A stretch of 64,000 nt of DNA from an uncultured Planctomycetaceae bacterium. Lineage in GTDB: Bacteria; Planctomycetota; Planctomycetia; Isosphaerales; Isosphaeraceae. The stretch covers positions 4,640,001 through 4,704,000 of the forward strand of contig CAWIAD010000002.1 of assembly GCA_963833985.1 (NCBI GenBank), given 5' to 3'. Positions within the stretch are counted from its first letter, which is position 1, and each line of letters opens with the position of its first letter. Under the pieces are notes generated by a model. The model was not told the DNA's origin, searched no databases, and saw nothing but the letters and a program-made list of their open reading frames with translations. Positions 53,317 through 62,013 of this stretch are shown piece by piece. Both the position numbers and the translations under genes were made by a program.

Positions 53317-53359
53317 TGACGCATTCTGCGTCAAGCTACCCCCCCCCCAGATAAGTCAA
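53317..53359 (-). promoter_or_regulatory. Promoter with a poly-G spacer and an adjacent perfect palindrome
   Basis: Minus strand TTGACT-TATCT-G10-TAGCTT; TGACGCA-TTC-TGCGTCA at 53317-53333. Confidence 0.6.
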
Positions 53360-53482
53360 GAAAAAATTTGAATAATGAAATCCCCAAATCCCCGCTACCC
53401 TTTTGCGGGAAGTAGGTTTGTCGTAGGGGACGTAAAGCCAAGGCGAAGCGGTCCGGTCCGCCAAAGACGCACGCGACGTGAG

Positions 53483-55282
53483 CTAAGGTGTCGGGCCGAT
53501 TCGGGCCGGCCGAACGTTATTCCTCCCGGGTAGCACCACCAGCCGGTACCTGGGCGCGGGGCCGCGCTGGCCTTCTCGATCCGGCCCCGCTTCAGGCGGT
53601 GCAGCCAGCCGCGCGTCGCCCAGGCGGAGCGCACCAGCCCGGCCTGGCCGAAGAGCTGGTACATGATGCGGAACTTCCAGAGGGCATCGACGGTGAGGAC
53701 CGCCTTGAGTGCCCGCAGCGGATTGTAGAAGCACGCGTAGGCGATGAGTATATTGATCTGCTTGCGCCAGGGATGCCGGCTCCGGCTGGCAATCGTGTGG
53801 TTGCCGTCGAACTGGTAATCGGCGACATCCAGGCTGCCGACCCGGCTCATCACCTGGCCTTCCTCGAACGTCCGCTTGTACGCCTTCGAGCCGACCATGG
53901 GCGTCAGGAATGTGATCTGCACGCTCACCGCCCCGGCGCGCTTGAGGTACTGGATCTGGTTGAGCAGGCCAGCCAATCCCCGGCGCGAGACCAGCGGCTG
54001 GTCGTCGTGGTGCATCATCATCGGCATCGGTGCAATGCCGTGGTCCAGCAAATTGCGGAATACCTTGCGCGTCTTCTCGGGGCTCTGGCCCTTCTTGACC
54101 AGCTCGGCGGTCATGTCCTCGATGCCGAACCAGATCGCCCGGATGCCGGCGTCGCGTGCCAGCGGCATGAGGTCGGCGCAGCGGTCGACGTCGTGCTCGG
54201 TCCCCTCGGTGCCAATCCACACCGAATCGCGGAACGGCCGGCCGGCGATGGTGCCGCGGGCCATGGTCGTCAGGATCGATCCGGCGGCCTCATGATTGTT
54301 GAAGAAGTTGTCGTCTGTCCCGAAGAAGCTGTCGATCCCCGTGCGCTCGACCATGCCGGAGATCTCCGCCGCCAGCCGATCCGGGCCGCGGAAGCGGAAG
54401 GTGCCCTGGTTGTAGGCGTGGATCGGGCAGTAGGGACAGTGAAACTTGCAGCCGTGCGTCATGATCAGCGGCAGGATCCTGGCGTGGCGCCGCAGGCGGT
54501 CGGCGGGGACCGGCCGGTCGTCGAGCCCCTCCTGGCGATGCGGCCGCTCGAACATCCCCAGGGCGTCAAAGGGGAACGGCAGCTCGTCCAGGTCTTGCAC
54601 CAGGCGCTGGGTGCCGGTGTTCACCAGCTCGCTCACGTGACCGCCTTGCGGATCGCGGCGGTAGACCAGGCCGGGAATGTCCTCCAGCGCGCCCGCGGGC
54701 CGGGCTCGCTCGAACGCTTGCCGCCAGCTCTCGTGGAAGCCCTTGAACTCCAGGAGCCGGTCCAGCAGCTCCAGAAGCACGAATTCCTCACCCGTCACCA
54801 CCAGGTCCGCCCCGCGCTGGCCGTCCGGGCCCAGGCCGAAGAAGTCCCATGGCTCGTAGATCGCCTTGGCTCCGCCAGCCAGGATGAGCGGGCGATCCGC
54901 GCCGCAGCGCATGGGCGTCCTCGATGAGCCGGTAGGCCGAGGCGCTGTGGATCTGCATGCTCGAGACGAGCAACAGCTCAGGGGGCCGGCCGCCCAGCCG
55001 TGCCTGGCTGGGCCGGAAACGAGGATTCCACTGCTGGAGCACAACGCGGATGTTGCGGAAGCCGGCGCCCGCCAGCGCGGACGGCACGGCCAGGGGTGCA
55101 CCCGGGATGAGCTGCGTGTCCACGAACACGAACGGCCCCAGGCGGGTGCGCTGGTCGAAGGCGTTGACATGGAGCACCGGTGTCTCACCGGCCGCAACAC
55201 CGCTTCGAATCTGGCGTTCTAACTCCTGGTAACGACCCGGCCGGGTGAACTGGTCACCCTTCGGACGCCCTGGCAATTCCAT
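53483..55282 (-). CDS. B12-binding-type radical SAM protein (frameshifts ~54905, ~53550)
   Basis: THGCKFHCPYC (CxxxCxxC), FGTDDNFF, WFGIED; N-terminal LLVSSMQIH..ILAGG..DLVVTGE. Confidence 0.88.
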
Positions 55283-55406
55283 GGCTGCCGCTCGCAACTT
55301 CTTGTTGACGTTGTGTTTCCATCGTGAGGTCCGGTCTTTTCAGCGGAGATCGTCCCGGAACGGTCTCGGCTCGGCGCAGCTCCCCGCACGCAAAGCTCTG
55401 CCATCC

Positions 55407-55436
55407 GGTGGGTTGCGCTGCGCTGACCCACCCTAC
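55407..55436 (-). repeat. Intergenic GTAG-type REP palindrome
   Basis: Reverse complement GTAGGGTGGGTCAGCGCAGCGCAACCCACC; same arms as the copies at 31850 and 32171. Confidence 0.75.
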
Positions 55437-55622
55437 GGGTGGTCGGACACGGCTCATTCGGGACGATTCCTTTCAGCGCGCTCACACACGGAGCGCGGCC
55501 GGAACCCACGTCTCTCTGGAGGAATAAAGACAGAGCGGGTGAGTGATCTCGCCAGGCAGGCGGTGAAGCTGGATTGGCGGGCGGGCGCTGCGCTCGGCGA
55601 CCCGCCCGATATCCTTGGTGGT

Positions 55623-57122
55623 TCATAGTTTCGATCCGAGATGCGGTGCCGGCCGGGGTCCGGGCGCGGTCTGGGCGACGTGCCTGTGCGCGGCGGCGGT
55701 GGTCGCCGCGTGGCCGGTCCCGATGGACCTGGCCCCCCTCCTGCCGTGACGGCTGGGGCGGTGGGGGTGTCTGCCCACGGGCCTGGGGGTGGGGGTGGGA
55801 GTGGGAGTGGGAGACGGGGTGGGAGTTGTCCCGCCGGCTCCGGTTCCCGTGACCGGTGTCAGTGGCGTGGTCAGAGTGCTCGACACCAGGTCGCTCGCCA
55901 GGGCCGGCCCGTTGGGCGAGCCCAGGCCGGTCGCCGTGTTGGCCCCGATCGAGCTCCCGGTCGTGGAGTTCGAGCTGGAATTCAAGGACCAGCCGCCGAA
56001 GTACCAGGACCAGGAGGTGGAGCTGAAACTGCCGAAGCCGCCGCCGAACTGGAAGAAGCCTGCTCCGAACCCCATGCCGGTTCCCGCGGCAGCGGCCGCG
56101 ACGGTGTGGAAGATGGACGAGGGGGCCGCGTAGAGCGCCGGAAGCGTCTGTGTGGGTCCGTCCAGGCTTCCCATGCCGTCAGCCGCACGTCCCTGGTCGA
56201 CGATGGCGATGATCCCCGCCCAGGCGGGAGTGCCCAGGCTCGTGCCGCCGACGGTGAACCACGAGCCCTGGCTGCCGAAGCGGGTGGGCGTGGTCACGTA
56301 AACCGGTACGCCGGTGCTCGGGTCGCCGTCGAAGGCGACGTCGGGGGTGGCCCGGCTGCCGGTGGTCTGAACCTTCGCCTGGTAGCTGGGCTCGGGCTCG
56401 TATGGGCTATATCCCCCTCCGCTGCCGGACCAGGCCGCTTCCGACTGGTACGCCCCCGCGCTGGTCAGCAGCAGTGTGGTGCCGCCGACCGAGAGCACTT
56501 TTGGTGATGCGGCCGGGTACGACGCGCCCGCCATGACGCCATTGTCGCCGCTGGCGGCGATGAAGGTGACCCCGGCGTGGCCGGCGGGCGTTGTGAAGAT
56601 AAAATCGTAGGCGGTTTCGCCGGGCGTTTCACCAAACCCCCAGCTCATCGACACGGCTACCACTCCCGGCACGTTTCGCGCCAGGTTCACGGCTGCCATG
56701 AGGTCAGAGAGGTTCTGCGTGCTGGCCTCCACGACCAGCAGGTTCGCCCCCGGTGCGACGGCGTGGGCCCATTCCACGTCGAGCGCCTCTTCCTGGGTCC
56801 AGCCGCTGTTGGCCGGCGTCGAGGAGCTGACTGCGCCGCCCGTCTGGTTGACCACGGTAAGCTTCGGGTCGGGAAGACCATACGCCTGATCGAAGGTGTG
56901 CAGGTCCGAGCTGATCGTGGGATCGTGATACGCTTCGATGAGAGCGATCGTCTGGCCGCTCCCATCGCCCTTGACCGTGGTTCCGGACGACGTGGTGAAG
57001 GCGATGGAATTCAGTCCGTAGGCGGACGTCAACTGGGCCGGAGTCAGGGTCGAGAGCAGGCAGCGGTCATCGAGCGCATCGATTTGCGGCCTGAGGCGCA
57101 AACCGCGACGGCGGTTTCTCAT
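55623..57122 (-). CDS. S53 (sedolisin/kumamolisin) peptidase with a LEPR-xLL-like N-terminus and no pro-domain
   Basis: EEALDVEWAH, ASGDNG, TPDVAFD, GGTSLG; N-terminus RRRGLRLRPQIDALDDRCLLS; PT-repeat tail. Confidence 0.9.
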   Translation of the reverse strand: MRNRRRGLRLRPQIDALDDRCLLSTLTPAQLTSAYGLNSIAFTTSSGTTVKGDGSGQTIALIEAYHDPTISSDLHTFDQAYGLPDPKLTVVNQTGGAVSSSTPANSGWTQEEALDVEWAHAVAPGANLLVVEASTQNLSDLMAAVNLARNVPGVVAVSMSWGFGETPGETAYDFIFTTPAGHAGVTFIAASGDNGVMAGASYPAASPKVLSVGGTTLLLTSAGAYQSEAAWSGSGGGYSPYEPEPSYQAKVQTTGSRATPDVAFDGDPSTGVPVYVTTPTRFGSQGSWFTVGGTSLGTPAWAGIIAIVDQGRAADGMGSLDGPTQTLPALYAAPSSIFHTVAAAAAGTGMGFGAGFFQFGGGFGSFSSTSWSWYFGGWSLNSSSNSTTGSSIGANTATGLGSPNGPALASDLVSSTLTTPLTPVTGTGAGGTTPTPSPTPTPTPTPRPVGRHPHRPSRHGRRGARSIGTGHAATTAAAHRHVAQTAPGPRPAPHLGSKL

Positions 57123-57473
57123 GGGTGCCCTCGTTCTGGAATCGATGAAGCTTCAAGGAGCCCTGCAAGCCGAGGGACGGGTGTGCGTCTCGGCGTTCCG
57201 TCAAGCCCGCGGAATCAGCGAGGTCCACGGTTCGCCGCCTGAGATCGTTGCCCCATGAACCGTCTCATGCGCTGCGACTGCGTGGACGAGCTGCGTCCCT
57301 CGAGAGCCTGTTTTCAACTCCGGGAAATCTTACCTCACGATTCTGGGTCGTTCCAGAAAAACGGCCGCTCTGCCGGCCGTGTCCCGCCCCGGTCGCCCGT
57401 CGGCGGCGACGGCGGGGTCTTCGCGGCGAGGCTCGTAAGCCTTGCCGATCTCGGTCAGTCAGCGACGCTGAGC

Positions 57474-58445
57474 TTATTCGCCAGGCTTGCCGCGTGAATC
57501 GGTCACCGAAGCCCAGGGCGGAAAGTCCAGCTCGAACGAGCCGGGAGGAGTGGCCATGTTCACCTTCACATCCGAGATCGTGATCTGATCGATCGTCTTG
57601 TCGAAGAGGTTGACCCGGCGGATGGTCCTGGGAAACCAGTAGCCGTCCACTTCCTGGAGTTCATAGTCAGCGCGCGCCCAGGGAGCCTCTGGAGTTCCGT
57701 TCTGCCAGGTGGCGCGGAGCACCGCGTCCTTGTGTGGATCGTAGACAACGACGATCGTGCTCTCTCCGTCGCGCTCGGGAACCGAGATCGTCCAGAGGCC
57801 GTGGTCCTCGTTGATCGTGGGCCTCCGGTTCGACCTGAGTCCCGTCCGGATCAGGCCGGAGAGCCGCTCGCCCAGATGACACGGCGGCATCTCGCCGAGA
57901 CCGCAAACGAGACGGAAGGAGTGGAACTGGCTGTTCTCCTGGCCGGGCCGGTAAAGCCGGCCTCGACCCGGGTCATCCCCGCGCTGGGGTGGAACTCGGG
58001 GCAGCGTCTTGCCAGGCGCGGTGTAGTTCAGGTCGCGGCAGAAGAGGCCGTCGAACGACCAGGTGTTCCGCTCCGCGACGTGGTCGTTGATGCCCTGAAC
58101 CCACCGCATCACCGAGTCCAGGTCCACGCGGTAGCGGCCGGAGAAGTGCTCGATCATGACTTGCCCGTGGTGCCGGACCGGTCCAAAGCTCGCCTTTTCC
58201 GGGCGAGCCGGGTCCTCGACCTTCCCCTGGCGGAAATCCACGGTCCAGCGCAGCGCCTGGACCCGGGGCTCCTGTGCCTCGATCGTTGCCAGTGCCTTGT
58301 TGACGTCGATGTCGCTGCCTGTACCGGTGCCGGCGCCGGCTGCGGCCGGCAGACCCAGGCATGCCGCGGATAGCAGGTAAGAAGAATAGAGCAGGTAAAG
58401 AAGAATGGCGCTGGGCCGTACGCTTCTCGGGTCTGGAGTCGGCAT
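57474..58445 (-). CDS. Exported hypothetical protein related to 51352-52440
   Basis: Signal-like N-terminus; WFP..VKVNMATPPGSFELDFPPWASVTD. Confidence 0.7.
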   Translation of the reverse strand: MPTPDPRSVRPSAILLYLLYSSYLLSAACLGLPAAAGAGTGTGSDIDVNKALATIEAQEPRVQALRWTVDFRQGKVEDPARPEKASFGPVRHHGQVMIEHFSGRYRVDLDSVMRWVQGINDHVAERNTWSFDGLFCRDLNYTAPGKTLPRVPPQRGDDPGRGRLYRPGQENSQFHSFRLVCGLGEMPPCHLGERLSGLIRTGLRSNRRPTINEDHGLWTISVPERDGESTIVVVYDPHKDAVLRATWQNGTPEAPWARADYELQEVDGYWFPRTIRRVNLFDKTIDQITISDVKVNMATPPGSFELDFPPWASVTDSRGKPGE

Positions 58446-58589
58446 CGGATTGGCTCCGCGAATCGTACGAAGGGTCGGTCCAGCGGACTGGCTCAGGCAT
58501 TTTAACCGCGCCGTCGAGGCGAATCTATGACTTTTGTCGCAGTAGGAGCGCGGAGCGGACCACCTCGTCAACAGGAGGAGCGCGGGGCT

Positions 58590-60044
58590 TCACGGCTTTG
58601 GCGAGGTTTTCCTCACCATGCGGGCGATGTACCTTGCCTCGCAGTCATGCAGGTGTGGCCAGAGCTGAAGCGTACCGTTGGTGGTGGTTTCGTCCAGGGG
58701 ATGAGGAAAGGGATCGAGGGCGAACTCCGGGTGCGCGGCCAGGAACGCCTGGACGACCTCGTGCGTCTCGACGACCGTTGCCGTCGCCACCGAGTAGATC
58801 AGGGTGCCGCCGGGACGCACGGCGTGCGAGGCGGCGTCAAGCCGTTGTTTCTGGCGTTCGACCAGTCCCGGCAGTGCGTCTTTCTTGACGATCCAGCGCA
58901 GCTCGGGGTGCCGGCGCCAGCTTCCCACTTCCGAACAGGGCGCATCGACGAGCACGCCGTCGAACGAGGCCGCCTTGGCCGGCGTACGCTTGCCGTCCCA
59001 GAGCTTGGCCGCGATGTTGCGGAACGGGAAGCGCCGCAGCCGGATGACCGCGTCGTGTCGGCGATGATCGTTTTCGTAGGTGGTGATCACGGCTCCCTTG
59101 TTATTCATGAGCGCGCCCAAGTGCAAGGCGTGCAGGCCGGCGCCGCCGATGACGTCCCACCAGCGCTCCCCGGGATCGGGGTCGCAGACCGTTCCCAGAG
59201 CCTGAGACGACAGGTCCTGCGCGGCGATTTCCCCTTCGCGATAGGCCCGCACCGCCAGCAGGTCCGTATCCGGGTCGAGCCGGGCGGCGGTGCTCAACCG
59301 ACGATGGAGCCAGGGCTTCATGCCTGCTTCACGGAGCTCGCTCCAGACGGCCTTCTCCGCGGCGCCGCGGACGCCGATCCAGAGCGGCAATCGGGTTTGC
59401 AGGGCATACAGGAAGGCAAGCCGGCGTGCTTTCGCGGGAGCCTCGCCCGGAGGCAAGGGAAGGTGTTCGCGCAGCCATGCGGGGAAGAGCAGCCAGGGAT
59501 CGGCCGTCACGGGCCGGCCGTCCACCCACCGCTTCAGACCCTCGGCCCGGGCCGTCCAGCCGGGCGCATCGCCCACGGCCATGAGCCGGTCGATGGAGCG
59601 GCCGGTCCGGCTCGCCAGGGCCCGGCAAAGGCCATCGGTTTCGGGCAGATCCAGCAGGCAGGCCAGGAGCAGTTGCTCCTCGATTTGCAGCGAATGCAAG
59701 GGCTCGATCCAGCCCCTCCAGCGGAACAGTGCGGCGATGGAGCGCAGGACCAGCCTGCGATCGATGCGCCGTACGTCCGGGTGCGCGCGCAGGGCCTGCG
59801 TCACGGCCGTCTCCAGCCGGGTCCCCTCGTCCATCACCGAGCGCAGCACGCCGGGGGCAACGCTGGACGCCAGGCTGGCCACGGCCGGAAGCGACTTGAG
59901 GTTCTCCGGCGCGGCACGCCGGCCGCCGGAGCGCCTGGGGGCCGGCGCACCGGGGTTCAGCCGGCGGTCCAGAGCCCTGCCGCCCGGCCTGCGCTTTGGC
60001 TTTCCCTGGGCAGCCGCATTGCGGCGATCATCTTTGCGAACCAT
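58590..60044 (-). CDS. RsmB/NOP2-family RNA m5C methyltransferase-like protein with degenerate motifs
   Basis: QDLSSQ, FDGVLVDAPCSEVGSWRRHPELRW, RPGGTLIYS. Confidence 0.85.
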   Translation of the reverse strand: MVRKDDRRNAAAQGKPKRRPGGRALDRRLNPGAPAPRRSGGRRAAPENLKSLPAVASLASSVAPGVLRSVMDEGTRLETAVTQALRAHPDVRRIDRRLVLRSIAALFRWRGWIEPLHSLQIEEQLLLACLLDLPETDGLCRALASRTGRSIDRLMAVGDAPGWTARAEGLKRWVDGRPVTADPWLLFPAWLREHLPLPPGEAPAKARRLAFLYALQTRLPLWIGVRGAAEKAVWSELREAGMKPWLHRRLSTAARLDPDTDLLAVRAYREGEIAAQDLSSQALGTVCDPDPGERWWDVIGGAGLHALHLGALMNNKGAVITTYENDHRRHDAVIRLRRFPFRNIAAKLWDGKRTPAKAASFDGVLVDAPCSEVGSWRRHPELRWIVKKDALPGLVERQKQRLDAASHAVRPGGTLIYSVATATVVETHEVVQAFLAAHPEFALDPFPHPLDETTTNGTLQLWPHLHDCEARYIARMVRKTSPKP

Positions 60045-60364
60045 CCGGGGAAAACCTCACGTCGAGACGACCCGGCAAGCGTGGCCGGGCCGCATGGTGC
60101 CACTCAGCGCGGATTTCCGCCCGCTGCCGCTTCTTAACTCAATAATGCCGCACGCCGTGCAGGTCCCGGCCCTGAGGAGAGATCCGGACCGGTGTCATCC
60201 CTGGCGTGCCGAACGTGTCAGCATTCCCTGCCAGACCCAGTATACCCGGATAGGGCAGGAAGCAGGATATGCCCTTCGCCGCCATCCCCCCGCAGCCTCG
60301 CTCCCGTGCCAGATGTCAGACCGGAAAGGGAACCCAGCTATGGCTTTGGTCTGTGCTTACTTCG

Positions 60365-60404
60365 ATTACACTCGACTGGATTCGAACCAGTAATCTTCGG
60401 TTCC
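60365..60404 (-). mobile_element. att-like duplication of the tRNA-Arg 3' half
   Basis: 38 of 40 nt identical to 61639-61678, same orientation. Confidence 0.85.
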
Positions 60405-60459
60405 ACGGGCGACCTGTAGTGACAGTCAGAAAGCCGTTCAAACCCTGTCACTCACAAGG

Positions 60460-60801
60460 ATGCTAGCCAGCTGGCCACAGCCACCAACCAGTTCCACGCC
60501 GACGCATTCGACCTGCTCTGCCACCTGGCCTTCAACGCCCCGCCGAGAACGTGCCGAACGATTGAAGAAAGACAGGCAAGACTTCTTCAACCGGTACGGA
60601 CCCGAGGCCCGTGCCATCCTGGAACAACTGCTCGACAAGTACGCCGACCGCGGCACCGGCCAGTTCGCCCTGCCGGAAGTGCTAGAAGTGCCACCGATCT
60701 CCGAGCATGGCAACGTCATGGAGATCGCCTCCCTGTTCGGGGGTACGGCCCAACTGGTCGAGGCAGTGCGGCATCTCCAGACGATCCTCTATGCGGCCTG
60801 A
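60460..60801 (+). pseudogene. hsdR: C-terminal remnant of a type I restriction enzyme R subunit (EcoEI R C-terminal domain)
   Basis: DAFDLLCHLAFNAP-(frameshift)-RRERAERLKK..FFNRYGPEARAILEQLLDKYA..EIASLFGG..LQTILYAA. Confidence 0.8.
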
Positions 60802-60949
60802 CGCCGCGTCGAGATTCCTGACGCAGTGCGTCAAGAATCCCGACGGTGAACACGCGGGCGGTGCCGTCCGGCCTCGCCCGCTCCTGTCCTTCATGGTAGA
60901 ATCGTGGTCGTAAGTCAAGACCAGGGCCTAATGCTATGGAGTCGCCCAG

Positions 60950-61237
60950 GTGGAATCCACGCTCACGCCGAACAAGACGGCTTCGGCGATCTGGGGTCGG
61001 GTCGTGAATCCGGAACAGGCAAACCTCGCACCGGAAGCGGCCCGGGGCATCCTCAAGCTGGACTCCGACGCCAATGATCACCGTCGGATGGACGAGCTGT
61101 CCGCGAAGGCCCGGCAGGGCACCCTGACCGCGGAAGAGCGGGTGGAGATGGACGAGTACCTCCGGGTAGGGAGTGAGCTGGCGGTCCTTCAATCCAAGGC
61201 CCGGATGTCGCTCCAGAGGGCGAAGTCGCCCCGATGA
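60950..61237 (+). CDS. Small helical protein, putative antitoxin-like partner of the downstream HNH gene
   Basis: 95 aa; RRMDELSAKARQGTLTAEERVEMDEY; ATGA overlap with the HNH start. Confidence 0.7.
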   Translation: MESTLTPNKTASAIWGRVVNPEQANLAPEAARGILKLDSDANDHRRMDELSAKARQGTLTAEERVEMDEYLRVGSELAVLQSKARMSLQRAKSPR

Positions 61238-61410
61238 CCGAAGACCTGAGAAGGCGTGTCCGACGCCGGGCCCGGAACCGATGCGAGTCCTGTCAGCACC
61301 CACAGGCAGCGATCCGCCCCGTCACGAGATCGAGCACATCCTAGCCGTCTGGCACGGCGGAGGCGACGATCCCTCGAACGCCGCCCTGGCCTGCATCTAC
61401 TGGAACGTAC
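61234..61410 (+). pseudogene. Decayed HNH endonuclease
   Basis: MTEDLRRRVRRRARNRCESC-(frameshift)-HEIEHILAVWHGGGDDPSNAALACIYWN; last Zn-binding Cys lost; truncated. Confidence 0.75.
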
Positions 61411-61640
61411 AATATCCAGATTCCCGTCTGGGACTGGCTGTTTCGCTGTGCCGATCAGTTGGTGCACGATCGACCCCGTTACCGGATTCCTCCCTGGGCA
61501 AGCCCGACCGGATCAGCCCGAGGACTTCAGCTCGAACTTCGGGGGCAGGGACGGTTAGCGTTCGACCACTTCGATGAGGTCAGCGGGAAGAAATGGGGGC
61601 TGGGCGTGGGCAAGGGGGCGTTGATCTGATCGTAAGTCAT

Positions 61641-61714
<74 letters not shown>

Positions 61715-61735
61715 ATACGTCCAAAATGCAGGTCC

Positions 61736-61764
61736 ATCCTATCGTGGCACCCCGGGGAAGACAA
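61736..61764 (-). promoter_or_regulatory. Putative tRNA promoter
   Basis: TTGTCT-17 nt-TAGGAT ending 21 nt upstream of the tRNA. Confidence 0.5.
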
Positions 61765-62013
61765 GACTCGGGGAATCGAGGTTCGCAATGGCTGCCGGAC
61801 GGACATGCTGGCCAGTGTCCTTTTGCCCTTCACGACTTCGGGCAAGCGGGCTAGGATCCGCGGGATATCGAAGGTCGCCGCTATTACGGCCGATGAACAA
61901 GATTGAGAAAGAAACCTCGGCGGGCCGCGCGTGCTGGCGGGAACGGCGCGGCGCTCAATCGTGGCTCCCGGGCAGGGAGTGTGCCTTGGCGGGTACAGGG
62001 AGGTCCCGGGTCG

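Noticed and set aside
60250..60340. SRP RNA-like GGAA/AGCAG motifs (also near 4288 and 29990)
   Set aside because: They do not reproduce the conserved SRP domain IV helix
60365..60404. Second tRNA gene
   Set aside because: Only the 3' half is present, with no D arm or complete anticodon arm; it is an att-like duplicate
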